Of a DNA stretch of 64,000 nucleotides, positions 40,681 through 50,478 are shown piece after piece. The DNA is taken from the NCBI GenBank assembly GCA_965222605.1, contig OZ244960.1, positions 3,296,001-3,360,000 on the forward strand. The letters run 5' to 3'. Position 1 is the first letter of the stretch. Every line of letters starts with the position of its first letter. The notes below the pieces were generated by a model. The model worked only from the letters and a program-made list of their open reading frames with translations. It was not told the DNA's origin and searched no databases. Both the position numbers and the translations under genes were made by a program. The DNA comes from Candidatus Latescibacterota bacterium (GTDB lineage: Bacteria > Latescibacterota > UBA2968).

Positions 40681-42084
40681 ATGAAATATTGCAATGCCAT
40701 TTTTTGTTTTGTTCTTATCGGGTTGCTAATTTTGCCATGTGATGCCGATCAATTGGTGCTGATGTCGCCACATTCAGATGAGATCCAAAACGAGTTTGAG
40801 TCGGCTTTTGTGGCTTTTTATCAAGAGACCACAGGGCGAGATGTGCGGGTAGAATGGCTCGATATCGGTGCGGGTACGAGTTCGATTTTGCGTTATATCA
40901 AATCGGAATTTGGGCGGTCGCCAGAGGGCATTGGCATCGATATCTTTTTTGGCGGGGGCACCACGCCTTATGTGGATTTGTCTGAGCGAGGGCTGTGTCA
41001 ACCCTATCGGTTGTCCGATGCCGCGCTCAATCGATTGCCCGCGCAGATTGGGGGGGTTCCGCTTTACGATTCGGCCTATCGATGGTATGGTGCAACGCTG
41101 TCTGGTTTTGGCATTGTGTATAATCGACGCGTGCTTGAAATTTTGAATTTGCCCATCCCCCAAACCTGGGCAGATTTGGGCGCGCCAGAATTGTTCTCGT
41201 GGGTTGGTTCGGGCGATCCGCGCAAAAGTGGCAGCGTTCACATGGCTTATGAATTGATTTTGCAGGCTTATGGCTGGGAAAAGGGATGGGAAGTGATTAC
41301 TACAATGGGGGCCAATGTGCGAAATTTTGGACAAGGTGGTTCTTATGCCCCCAAAGAAGTTGCCGTGGGCGAAGTTGCTTATGGTTTGTCCATAGACTTT
41401 TATGCATGGGCACAAGTTGCAGAAGTGGGCGATGATTACGTGGGCTTTGTGATGCCCGACAATTTGACCATTGTCAATCCCGATGGTATTGCCATATTAA
41501 AGGGTGCGCCAAACTTGGAGGTGGCACAGGTGTTTTTGGAGTTTGTGATGTCCGATGCGGGGCAAAAGCTCTGGTTTTTAAAAAAGGGCGTGCCGGGCGG
41601 TCCTGTCGTGATGCAGTTGAATCGGTTTACCGTATTGCCCGATCTATACACGCGCTATCAGAGTGATGCTGCGGTGACGTTAAATCCCTTTGAATGGCGT
41701 TCCGATTTGATATACGATGCCGAATTGGGCAGTGGGCGATGGCGCGTGTTGAACGATTTGATCGGCGTGATGGTCATTGACTCACAGCGGGCATTGCAAG
41801 TAGCATGGAAGGACGCGATGACAGATGGCGTGTCAAAAGAAGAACGCAAGGCGCTATCATCTGTTCCCATTTCAGAGGCCGAAGCAGTGAAGTTGGAACA
41901 ATTATGGGGAGATGCCGAGGCGCGCAATCGCACGATGGCTAATTGGACAGATTTTGCGCGCGACAAATACGGTGCTCGCGATGTGCCTTTGTCTGTGCGT
42001 ATCACCAATGCGATTACTCTGTTTTTCCCTATGGGTATTGCCGGTTGTGTAGTGGCTTATTTGTGGCGTTTGCGCAGGAATTAA
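40681..42084 (+). CDS. ABC transporter substrate-binding protein (Fe3+/thiamine/AfuA class) with C-terminal TM
   Basis: MSPH, DIFFGGG, GIVYN, DPRKSGS, PDGIAILKGAPN. Confidence 0.82.
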   Translation: MKYCNAIFCFVLIGLLILPCDADQLVLMSPHSDEIQNEFESAFVAFYQETTGRDVRVEWLDIGAGTSSILRYIKSEFGRSPEGIGIDIFFGGGTTPYVDLSERGLCQPYRLSDAALNRLPAQIGGVPLYDSAYRWYGATLSGFGIVYNRRVLEILNLPIPQTWADLGAPELFSWVGSGDPRKSGSVHMAYELILQAYGWEKGWEVITTMGANVRNFGQGGSYAPKEVAVGEVAYGLSIDFYAWAQVAEVGDDYVGFVMPDNLTIVNPDGIAILKGAPNLEVAQVFLEFVMSDAGQKLWFLKKGVPGGPVVMQLNRFTVLPDLYTRYQSDAAVTLNPFEWRSDLIYDAELGSGRWRVLNDLIGVMVIDSQRALQVAWKDAMTDGVSKEERKALSSVPISEAEAVKLEQLWGDAEARNRTMANWTDFARDKYGARDVPLSVRITNAITLFFPMGIAGCVVAYLWRLRRN

Positions 42085-42097
42085 TAAAGAGTGAGAT

Positions 42098-43192
42098 ATG
42101 TTCGGAATTAGGCTGGAAAATGTGACCAAGCGTTTTGACAATGTTCTGGCATTGGATCGCATCAATTTGGAAATTGACGCGGGGGAGTTCTTTTTTTTAT
42201 TGGGTCCCTCTGGTTGCGGCAAAACCACGTTGTTGCGTATTTTGGCGGGTTTTGAGCAGCCCGAGAGCGGTCGGGTGCTTTTTGACGGGCGCGATGTGAC
42301 CACTGTGCCTCCGCACGAGCGCAATACGGGTATGGTGTTTCAGAACTATGCTTTGTGGCCTCATATGACGGTTTGGAAAAATGTGGGATACGGTCTTACT
42401 ATGCGCGATATGCCGCAGCACGAGCGCGATCAAAAGGTGAAACGCGCCCTGGAGATGGTTCAGATGAGTGGTTATGCCGAGCGGTCGCCCAATCAGCTTT
42501 CGGGGGGGCAGCAACAGCGCGTGGCATTGGCGCGGGCACTGGTCATAGAACCGGGTGTTGTGTTGCTGGACGAACCGCTTTCCAATCTGGATGCGCGATT
42601 GCGATTGGAGATGCGCGAGCACTTACAGGATTTACAGCGAACTTTGGATGTTACGATGATTTATGTGACACACGATCAAAAAGAAGCGCTTGCAATGGGT
42701 GCGCGCATTGCGGTTATGCAAATGGGCAAGGTGGCGCAAATCGGCACGCCGCGGGAGGTTTACAGGCAACCGCTCACGCGATTTGTCGCGGATTTTATTG
42801 GTGAGATCAATTTGATTTCCGGAGAGATAAAATTTGTGGAATCCGACGAGATGGTCGCTGCAACAGATGTGGGAGATATTCGCGGGCAGGCGGGATATGA
42901 GGGTATTCAGGTGGGGGATCGGGTGTTGTGCGCGGTTCGACCCGAGGCGATGGATTTTCTCTCGGATAAAGCTGGGGCGACAGATAATGTCATTTGCGGG
43001 CGCGTGCGGCGGGCAATTTATCTGGGCGAGATCGAGCAATTTTTCGTTGAATTGGCAAGTGGCGATCAGGTCAAACTGATTCAGTACGGCGCGATCATGC
43101 AGCACGCACGACCCGGCGATGAGGTGCGACTGGGGTTTTCGCAGGTGGTCATGTTGCGCGATGAAGCGGAGGACCGCGATGAGGCGGTTTGA
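42098..43192 (+). CDS. ABC transporter ATP-binding protein (FbpC/PotA class)
   Basis: GPSGCGKTT, LSGGQQQR, LLDEPLSNLD, TOBE-like tail. Confidence 0.93.
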   Translation: MFGIRLENVTKRFDNVLALDRINLEIDAGEFFFLLGPSGCGKTTLLRILAGFEQPESGRVLFDGRDVTTVPPHERNTGMVFQNYALWPHMTVWKNVGYGLTMRDMPQHERDQKVKRALEMVQMSGYAERSPNQLSGGQQQRVALARALVIEPGVVLLDEPLSNLDARLRLEMREHLQDLQRTLDVTMIYVTHDQKEALAMGARIAVMQMGKVAQIGTPREVYRQPLTRFVADFIGEINLISGEIKFVESDEMVAATDVGDIRGQAGYEGIQVGDRVLCAVRPEAMDFLSDKAGATDNVICGRVRRAIYLGEIEQFFVELASGDQVKLIQYGAIMQHARPGDEVRLGFSQVVMLRDEAEDRDEAV

Positions 43193-44864
43193 TCTCAACT
43201 GGCCCACGCTCATTTTTTTGGTGGGGTTGATCGTTTTTTTTGGATTTTTTTTGTTTTATCCCCTGTGGTATGCTTTTGTGCAGTCGCTGGTGGTCGATGG
43301 CAGGTTCACGTTTGCGTTTTACGAATTGATGGTGACGAGTCCGGTTTATCAAGAATCCATTCTCAATAGTTTTCGGCTGGGCATGATTACGACTATTGCG
43401 ACTACGTTGCTCAGCTTGCCTCTGGCGTTTTTGCTGGTGCGATACGATTTTGTCGGCAAAGGGTTTCTCAATGGTTTGATTCTCGTGCCGATGGTTTTGC
43501 CCCCGTTTGTAGGGGCTATTGGCATGAAGCAGATGTTTGCGCGTTTTGGCTCCATCAATTTGTTGCTTATGGATTTGGGGCTTATCGATCAGCCCATAGA
43601 TTGGTTTGGCGGTGGTGGCTTTGTGGGCGTGGTGATTTTAGAGGTGCTGCATCTCTATCCCATTATGTATCTCAATGTGGCCGCTGCACTTGCCAATGTC
43701 GATCCGAGTTTGGAAGAGGCGGCGCGCAATATGGGCAGCAAGGGGTTCCGCCTTTTTCGTACGATAACTTTTCCGCTGATGTTGCCGGGCTATTTTGCCG
43801 GGGCGATTATTGTTTTTATCTGGGCGTTTACCGATTTGGGGACGCCGCTTATTTTTAATTATCGCCAGGTCGTGGCGGTCGAGATTTTCAATTCTATTGA
43901 GGATATTAACGAAAATCCGATGGCTTACGCACTCGTTGTCTTTGTGTTGTTGTTGACGGTCTTTTTCTTTTATCTGTCAAAGGCGACGCTGGGCAATCGC
44001 CGCTATGAGATGATTGCGCGAGGGTATATCAGTTCGGGGTCACGCCCCGCTTCTCGCGGGATGACTGTGTTGATTTATGCCGCGATGTTGTCGCTTACGG
44101 GCATTGCGCTTATTCCGCATATGAGTGTGTTTTTGACGTCTATTGCCGAGCGCTGGTTTATGGCTGTGCTGCCCCAGGAGACGACGGGGCGATTTTATAC
44201 GATGGTTTTTGAGCACCCGATGTCTCTGTCCAGCATTGAGATGAGTCTGATATTGAGTGTGCTGAGTACAACGCTGGATGTTGTTCTGGGCATTGCCATT
44301 GCCTATTTTCTCACGCGCACCCGCATTCCTTATAAAGGCGTTTTGGATGCGATGGCGATGTTGCCCTTAGCCCTGCCCGGTCTGGTGCTGGCTTTTGGGT
44401 ATCTGGCGGGGTATTCGGGCACTTTTTTAGATGCGCGGCACTATCCCGTACCACTGCTGGTTATTGCCTATGCGGTGCGGCGGTTGCCCTATATGGTGCG
44501 CGCGGCGTATGCGGGATTTCAGCAGACGAGTGTGACGCTGGAAGAGGCGGCTCAAAATTTGGGGGCTTCTCGGTTGCGCACGCTTTTTCAAATTACATTT
44601 CCGCTGATTTTAGCCAATCTGGTGGCTGGTGGTATTTTGTGTTTTGCGTTTGCAATGCTCGAGGTGAGCGATAGTTTGATTTTGGCGCTTAAGGACGAAT
44701 ACTATCCCATCACAAAAGCGATTTACGCGCTTATGGGGCGCATTGCAGATGGTGCGTATTTGGCCAGCGCGATGGGTGTTTTTGGTATGGTGTTGTTGAT
44801 TGTGAGTTTGTTTTTGGCCGGGCGATTTTTGGGCAGGCGCATGGGCGAGTTGTTCCGCGTTTAA
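43179..44864 (+). CDS. ABC transporter permease (FbpB class, two TM modules)
   Basis: Two EAA motifs (LEEAARNMG, LEEAAQNLG). Confidence 0.9.
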   Translation: MRRFDLNWPTLIFLVGLIVFFGFFLFYPLWYAFVQSLVVDGRFTFAFYELMVTSPVYQESILNSFRLGMITTIATTLLSLPLAFLLVRYDFVGKGFLNGLILVPMVLPPFVGAIGMKQMFARFGSINLLLMDLGLIDQPIDWFGGGGFVGVVILEVLHLYPIMYLNVAAALANVDPSLEEAARNMGSKGFRLFRTITFPLMLPGYFAGAIIVFIWAFTDLGTPLIFNYRQVVAVEIFNSIEDINENPMAYALVVFVLLLTVFFFYLSKATLGNRRYEMIARGYISSGSRPASRGMTVLIYAAMLSLTGIALIPHMSVFLTSIAERWFMAVLPQETTGRFYTMVFEHPMSLSSIEMSLILSVLSTTLDVVLGIAIAYFLTRTRIPYKGVLDAMAMLPLALPGLVLAFGYLAGYSGTFLDARHYPVPLLVIAYAVRRLPYMVRAAYAGFQQTSVTLEEAAQNLGASRLRTLFQITFPLILANLVAGGILCFAFAMLEVSDSLILALKDEYYPITKAIYALMGRIADGAYLASAMGVFGMVLLIVSLFLAGRFLGRRMGELFRV

Positions 44865-45239
44865 ATGAATATCTGATGTTACGCAGTGCGCCAATGCAGG
44901 GTCACGGGCGAAAAAGATGATCGAAAAAGAGCTTGACCTGGCAGAAATTGCCATATATCTTGTTGCAAAGGACAAACGATTGCTATAATATCAAAAAATA
45001 ATTGCTTTATGGTGTTTATTGACTAACTGATGTTACGCATGTCTCGGATGTTTGTCATGCTGAGGCGGGCGCAATGAATCTCCTGCGCCCAACACCCGTC
45101 AGGCTGACGAAGCATCTTTTACTTCTGAAGGTAATTAGGTTATAGTAGATGAACTGCTATCGCAGTTGTACAGGTATAAGAAAGTCAAGTAGAAAAAGTG
45201 CCAAATTCGCGAGCGAGCAGGTATTCCTGCCAGATATGT

Positions 45240-45372
45240 CTCAGGGCTTTACACAGGTATGTCATTCAGGGTCAGTGCCCTTAAATTGCTTCATTCAAGC
45301 TCCTGAGAAGGCAGACGAACAGGTCACCGCTTCAGGGTCAAAGCCCGTATGTACAACTTCGTTCTATCCTGC
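45240..45372 (-). ncRNA. bridge RNA (target-binding and donor-binding loops) downstream of the recombinase
   Basis: Guide segments match the reconstructed target and donor junctions; twin GGGCnnnGACCCUGAA hairpins. Confidence 0.8.
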
Positions 45373-45385
45373 TCATCCCAGGAGC

Positions 45386-46654
45386 TTAAGCTGCTTTTTT
45401 TACTTGAGATACCGTTTTTTCCTTTTTGGTGTTGCCATTTATGTTGAAAGTTTCTTGTTTATTGACCAGCGCGAAGAGGATGCGTAAGAGTTTAGAGCAA
45501 AGGGCAATAATGGCTTTTTGTGTGGGTTTTCCTGCCCCTTTAAATCGGTGATAGGCCTCCTTGAAGATGGGATTATGGAAGATGAGGGGAAAGACCGCTG
45601 TATAGAGGATGCGTCTAAGTCTTGCGCGTCCCCTTTTGGCGATTCTTCGTGTGCCCTTTTTATATCCTGAAGAGATTTCAAAGAGGTTTAAGCCAGCCAG
45701 TTTGATGAGTTGTTCAGGTGCTTGATAAGCCTCAAAGGGGCCTGTTTCGCCGAGTATAGATGCCACACTGATTGGTCCCAGTCCAGGGATTGAGCACATA
45801 TATCCTGCTTGGGGTATATGTTGTAGGTGTTCGTTCATTTGGGTTTCGATTTCTTGCAGTTGGGTTTTAAGCAGATCCATTAAGCAGAGGGTTTGCATCA
45901 GTTCGAGGCAGATACTGTCTATGGCTTGGTTCACGCCAATGGAGGTGGAAGCCGCTTCAAGGACGGCCTGTGCTTTGGCTTTGGAGAGGCGACGATTTGA
46001 TGCCTTTTGGATCAGGAGAGTAAGTTCATCAATGCCAAGGGCTTGTATCTGCAAAGGCGTAGGTGCTACGTTGAGGATCTGTTGTGCGGTTTTGCCTGTT
46101 ATATCGCTGAAGAGGGACACAAACTCAGGAAAGAGGACATCCAGGATACGATGAAGCACGTTTTTAGCCGCTGTGATTTGATCTTTCTTTTCATAGCGCA
46201 TCGCTGTCAAGGCACGCAAATCGGCATAGACCCCTTCAGGCAGATAGGCCCTGTGAGACTTGCCTTGGCGTACCATATCAGCGATGACACCAGCATCCTT
46301 GTCGTCTGTTTTTAAGGGACTGTTGTCCCCCATCTCTTTCGACCAGCGCACATGGGAAGGCTGAATCAGGACGAAGGGCTGTTTATGAGCCCGCAGAAAG
46401 TAGGCCAACGGCAACCAATAATGTCCAGTAGGTTCCATACCAATCAGGGTTGCCGCACACTGATGGTGCTTTTCAACCTGTCGGATTTTGTCGAGCAATG
46501 ACATAAAGGACATACCTTCATTGTAGAGTTTGAATGCCGCGATCTGCCTGCCTTCTAACATCATCTTGACGAAGTGAACCGATTTACCGATATCAATGCC
46601 AACGATCAAGGTGTTGGGTTCTACATACTCGATTTGCTTGTGATGCTTGGCCAT
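45386..46654 (-). CDS. IS110 family DEDD recombinase/transposase
   Basis: VGIDIGK, GMEPTG, KTDDKDA (DEDD); IPGLG, SSG, KRG in the Tnp domain. Confidence 0.95.
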   Translation of the reverse strand: MAKHHKQIEYVEPNTLIVGIDIGKSVHFVKMMLEGRQIAAFKLYNEGMSFMSLLDKIRQVEKHHQCAATLIGMEPTGHYWLPLAYFLRAHKQPFVLIQPSHVRWSKEMGDNSPLKTDDKDAGVIADMVRQGKSHRAYLPEGVYADLRALTAMRYEKKDQITAAKNVLHRILDVLFPEFVSLFSDITGKTAQQILNVAPTPLQIQALGIDELTLLIQKASNRRLSKAKAQAVLEAASTSIGVNQAIDSICLELMQTLCLMDLLKTQLQEIETQMNEHLQHIPQAGYMCSIPGLGPISVASILGETGPFEAYQAPEQLIKLAGLNLFEISSGYKKGTRRIAKRGRARLRRILYTAVFPLIFHNPIFKEAYHRFKGAGKPTQKAIIALCSKLLRILFALVNKQETFNINGNTKKEKTVSQVKKAA

Positions 46655-46851
46655 GGTTGCCTCCTCGAAGAAGATAATTAAATGGTTTTTTTGCAATCTT
46701 CGAATTTGGCAACTATGGCCTGTTTACTCAACTTTTTTCTTTACCCTTTATTATAGCAATCACCGCTCCTTCGACTCCGCTGCGCTCAGAATGACAGGCG
46801 CAGGATATTGTGCCTCTGCGTAACGTCAGTGAATATGCAAAAGAGGTTGTG

Positions 46852-49800
46852 ATGAATTTACAGATATGGGTAATTATTTTTTCAAACGTTATACTCGGGA
46901 TGGTCAACGTTGCGATGGCACAGAATACACCATGGCGCTATGATTTTGAAGAGATGTCTGAGATTTATCGGGCAGATGCGGGCAGCGAGGTTTCGCTTTC
47001 GGCGAGATGTTATAAGGCAGGGCAGCAATCTCTCAAATGGACCTGGCAAAATAACGGGCGGCTTGTGTTTACGGATCCTGCAACGCAAAGCAATCGGGCA
47101 CTGGATGGATTTCGGGCGTGGGTGTACAACGAGGAGGCTCTTAACGAGGTGCTGACTTTTGGGTTTGGCACAGAATCAGAATTGGGGGCAAATAACCCGC
47201 GTTATCAGTTTGAGTTTGGCTTGAATTTTACGGGCTGGCGGACGATGTGGATCAGTTTGCAAGAGGATGCGCGGAACAATTCTTATACGGGTGCGGGTAA
47301 TGGACGGGTGACGGCGTTTGATATCCGTGCGCCGAATAGCGGGACTGTGTATCTGGATCTGATGGAATTGGTGGAAAGGATTGACCTCAGGCGATCTGCC
47401 GACGCACAGGTTCCATTTGTCAATGCAAGAAGAGCAGGGCAAACCCGCGAATACCGATGGAGTCTGAACACATTGCCGGGTCCGCTTCCTTCGCAGATCA
47501 CCGATGAGGAACGACAGGCTTTTGAGACGATTGCCCGGCGGTATGAGACCTGGGTGTTCGGCAACGAGGTGAAGGATGATTTGCGGGAGCCTGTGAGGAT
47601 TCGGCTCAATGAGCTTACAGCCTATATGAGGCGAGGGCATCGCAATCTCGCAGATTATGAGATTCGGCGAGAGGATGACCGCATTTTGGGAAAGCCTCTG
47701 TTTGCCGAGCGATCGCCCTATAAACCCCTTTTTCAGAGTGTTTTCCAGGGGGTTTTGTTGCGTCTGGTGCTGGATTATCGGTTGAATGGCAATGATGAAG
47801 CCAGAGATCGCGTGATAGATCTCTTCGATTATCTGCACGATCAGGGATGGGCAGAAGGCAGTGGTGTAGGCGCGATGCATCACGAGTTTTTGCGGATTGC
47901 GAGCTATGCTCATGCCGTGTATTTGATGCGTGATATTCTGGGCGATACAGAGCGGCTGGAACGGGAATTGGCGAGCTTGAGATGGTATAGCATGTTTGGA
48001 GAGTTGTATGAACAGACCTGGGATCCGGGCACGAATGCAGATTTTTTGCGTTCGGTGGCGATGTATCGTTTGTTGTGCATTTTGATGATGGACGATACGC
48101 CTGAGAAAGTGGCAACTATGCGTCGCTATATTGTATGGCTCAACAATGCGCTGGATATTGCGCCCGGGTGGCTGGATACGATTAAGCCGGATTTTGTGGG
48201 TTTTCATCACCGGGGTATCTATGCCAATGCGTATGCGCCAAATGCTTTTCACGTGGCTTCAATTCTGGTGTATTTGTTGCACGATACGCCTTTTGCGGTT
48301 GCCGAGGAGAAGCGCGATAATTTGAAGCAGGCGCTGTTGACGGCCAAGGTGATGACGAATACGTATGATATTTCGACGGCTATCGGTGGTCGCTTTCCGC
48401 TTAATACAACGGTAACCGATGGACTGTTGCCGGCGTATATGTATATGGCTTTGAGCTATCCTTCGGTGGATGTGGAATTATCTGGTACATTTATGCAGCT
48501 TTGGAGACCGAAGTCGCAGTTGCTGATAGAGGGTATGTTCGAACAGGTAGCTGCGCGGATTATGTATTTGCATACGCCGGGTGCGATGCAGATGATGGTG
48601 GATTTTGCAGCGGCGGGGCATCCACCTATCGCTGCGCCGTCTGGGCATTGGACGCTGCCTTATGGCGCGTTGTCCATTCATCGGCGTGCGGGTTGGATGG
48701 TGAGTATGAAGGGGTGGAGCAAATATGTGTGGGATTTTGAGTCGTCATCCGGCGGAGAAAATCAACTCGGTCGTTATTTGAGCTATGGTTCGATGCTGAT
48801 TTACGCGAGTGGTGATCCGGTTACGCGCGAGGCGAGTGGGATTGTTCGAGAGGGGTGGGACTGGAGCATGTGGCCCGGTACGACGGTGATTCGCCTGAGT
48901 CATGCGGAGCTTAACCAGAAGATGGACCATCGCAATTTTTCGGATGAGACTTTTGTGGGTGGGGTGAATCTGAAAGGACAAAACGGTGTGTTCGCGCTGA
49001 AGTTGCACGATACGGAGTACAATACGAGTTTTCGGGCGGTTAAGACGGTGTTTTGTTTTGATGATGTACTTGTTTGCCTGGGGTCGGGTATTGTGAATAA
49101 TGATGGTGGGCATGCGACGGTGACGCCGCTGTTTCAGGCGTCTATATCCCAAGACCGTCCTACGGGGGTGAATGGGGAAAGTGTGCGGGCGATTCCCTAT
49201 ACATTTTCGGGGACAACGGGGCAGACCGCATGGGTGATGGATGCAGCGGACAATGGGTATGTGATTCCCAATGGAGAGGGTTTGCGGGTGCAGCGTCAGG
49301 TGCAAGTTTCTGAAGATTTCGGCAGAGATAGTGGCGGTACAGGGTCTTTTGAATTGGCGTATCTGGATCACGGGAGCTCGCCTCAAGGTGCGTCATATCA
49401 CTATGCCGTGCTGGTTCAGCGGTCGCCGGGGCAAGTACGCGCGTTTGCGAGCGCACCGGAATACGATGTGTGGCAGCAAGATCAAGAGGCACATATCGTG
49501 TATCATCCGGGAATGAAGACGACGGGCTACGCGCTGTTTAATACGGATGCAAGGCCGACGGATGGTCCGGTTGAGGCTGTATCTTTGCCGAGTTTGGTGA
49601 TGACCCGCGAAGTGAATGATGGCTTATTGCTTTCGGTTGCGGATCCGGATTTTGGGTGGAGTTGGACCATTCAAAGGCGGCACCGCCAGGATGGCTCACT
49701 AATTGTCAATCAGCCGAGTATGCCTCGGAAGGTAGAGGTGACAGTGCGCGGGAAATGGACTCTGGATCAGTCCTATGATCTGGCAGAGATTGTAGATGAG

Positions 49801-50115
49801 GGGGAGGATCAGACGGTTGTGGCTTTTATCTGTCAGGATGGCAAGACTGTAGAAGTGAAACTGATCAGGCCGGGCATTAGTGTTGCAAATCTGGATTTTG
49901 ATGGGGATGGAGCGGTCGGGTTCACGGATTTTTTGCTTTTTACCGGCAAATTTGGTCTGTCGGAAGGTGATGCGGGTTTTGAAGCAAAATACGATCTGGA
50001 TGGCAATGGGATGGTAGGATTCAGCGACTTTCTGATTTTTGCACAGGGATTTGGCAAACCGGTGGGTGGAAAACCTGTGGCTCTGAGAAATGGTGTAGAG
50101 AGGTTGGGGTCGTGA
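46852..50115 (+). CDS. chondroitin ABC lyase-like polysaccharide lyase (PL8) with C-terminal EF-hand/dockerin-like pair
   Basis: FGLNFTGWR, DQGWAEGS, IKPDFVGFHH, GRFP, GRYLSYG, GWDWSMWPGTT; DFDGDGAVGFTDF / YDLDGNGMVGFSDF. Confidence 0.85.
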   Translation: MNLQIWVIIFSNVILGMVNVAMAQNTPWRYDFEEMSEIYRADAGSEVSLSARCYKAGQQSLKWTWQNNGRLVFTDPATQSNRALDGFRAWVYNEEALNEVLTFGFGTESELGANNPRYQFEFGLNFTGWRTMWISLQEDARNNSYTGAGNGRVTAFDIRAPNSGTVYLDLMELVERIDLRRSADAQVPFVNARRAGQTREYRWSLNTLPGPLPSQITDEERQAFETIARRYETWVFGNEVKDDLREPVRIRLNELTAYMRRGHRNLADYEIRREDDRILGKPLFAERSPYKPLFQSVFQGVLLRLVLDYRLNGNDEARDRVIDLFDYLHDQGWAEGSGVGAMHHEFLRIASYAHAVYLMRDILGDTERLERELASLRWYSMFGELYEQTWDPGTNADFLRSVAMYRLLCILMMDDTPEKVATMRRYIVWLNNALDIAPGWLDTIKPDFVGFHHRGIYANAYAPNAFHVASILVYLLHDTPFAVAEEKRDNLKQALLTAKVMTNTYDISTAIGGRFPLNTTVTDGLLPAYMYMALSYPSVDVELSGTFMQLWRPKSQLLIEGMFEQVAARIMYLHTPGAMQMMVDFAAAGHPPIAAPSGHWTLPYGALSIHRRAGWMVSMKGWSKYVWDFESSSGGENQLGRYLSYGSMLIYASGDPVTREASGIVREGWDWSMWPGTTVIRLSHAELNQKMDHRNFSDETFVGGVNLKGQNGVFALKLHDTEYNTSFRAVKTVFCFDDVLVCLGSGIVNNDGGHATVTPLFQASISQDRPTGVNGESVRAIPYTFSGTTGQTAWVMDAADNGYVIPNGEGLRVQRQVQVSEDFGRDSGGTGSFELAYLDHGSSPQGASYHYAVLVQRSPGQVRAFASAPEYDVWQQDQEAHIVYHPGMKTTGYALFNTDARPTDGPVEAVSLPSLVMTREVNDGLLLSVADPDFGWSWTIQRRHRQDGSLIVNQPSMPRKVEVTVRGKWTLDQSYDLAEIVDEGEDQTVVAFICQDGKTVEVKLIRPGISVANLDFDGDGAVGFTDFLLFTGKFGLSEGDAGFEAKYDLDGNGMVGFSDFLIFAQGFGKPVGGKPVALRNGVERLGS

Positions 50116-50147
50116 TGGTTTGACGTTGCCTATAACTGTAATTAAAT

Positions 50148-50180
50148 AAAAAAGCCGCCACACATTGTGGCGGCTTTTTT
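50148..50180. terminator. bidirectional intrinsic terminator
   Basis: AAAAAAGCCGCCACA-CAT-TGTGGCGGCTTTTTT. Confidence 0.85.
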
Positions 50181-50202
50181 GTTATCGCAAACTCTATGCT
50201 TC

Positions 50203-50478
50203 TCATTTAGAATGCGACTTGTCCCAGATGGGTTTTACTTTTTCGATGACTTCGGCATCGGTCGGGCTGGACGCGATGATGTTCGTAAATTCTTCGGCTT
50301 CAACGCCAAGTTCCTCCAGGAACTTTCTGTCAGCTGGTCACGGATAGACGTAGTCACCAATACAGCCTCGCAATTTGGCGCGGGCTTTATCTGTAATGCG
50401 CGGGAGCCAGGGCATGTCGCCCATGTAAAGCTGGCGGCTGCGCGGTCTAAAATCAACAGCGGAACTGAGTTTGTCCAT
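50203..50478 (-). CDS. DUF5069-like small protein with in-frame UGA (candidate selenoprotein), 91 aa
   Basis: AGGAGG SD; ...PRSRQ...WLPRITDKARAKLRGCIGDYVYP-UGA-PADRKFLEELGVEAEEF...TDAEVIE; hairpin begins 12 nt after the UGA. Confidence 0.75.
50308..50325 (-). promoter_or_regulatory. SECIS-like hairpin
   Basis: AAGUUCC-UGGA-GGAACUU; apical loop begins 19 nt after the UGA at 50340-50338. Confidence 0.6.

Larger units (their letters stand above)
45171..46762 (-). mobile_element. IS110-family element with CA/TG core
   Basis: CA at 45171-45172 and 46761-46762; joining the ends gives TTGACT-N17-TATAAT; no TIR or TSD. Confidence 0.85.
44873..46829. mobile_element. MITE (13-bp TIR, 7-bp TSD) interrupted by IS110
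   Basis: CTGATGTTACGCA at 44873 (second copy at 45027), TGCGTAACGTCAG ending 46829; TGAATAT duplicated at 44866-44872 and 46830-46836. Confidence 0.75.

Noticed and set aside
44978-44989. GATTGCTATAAT identical to the IS110 left-end sequence
   Set aside because: Lacks the TG core context and right-end half; probably just an extended -10 box
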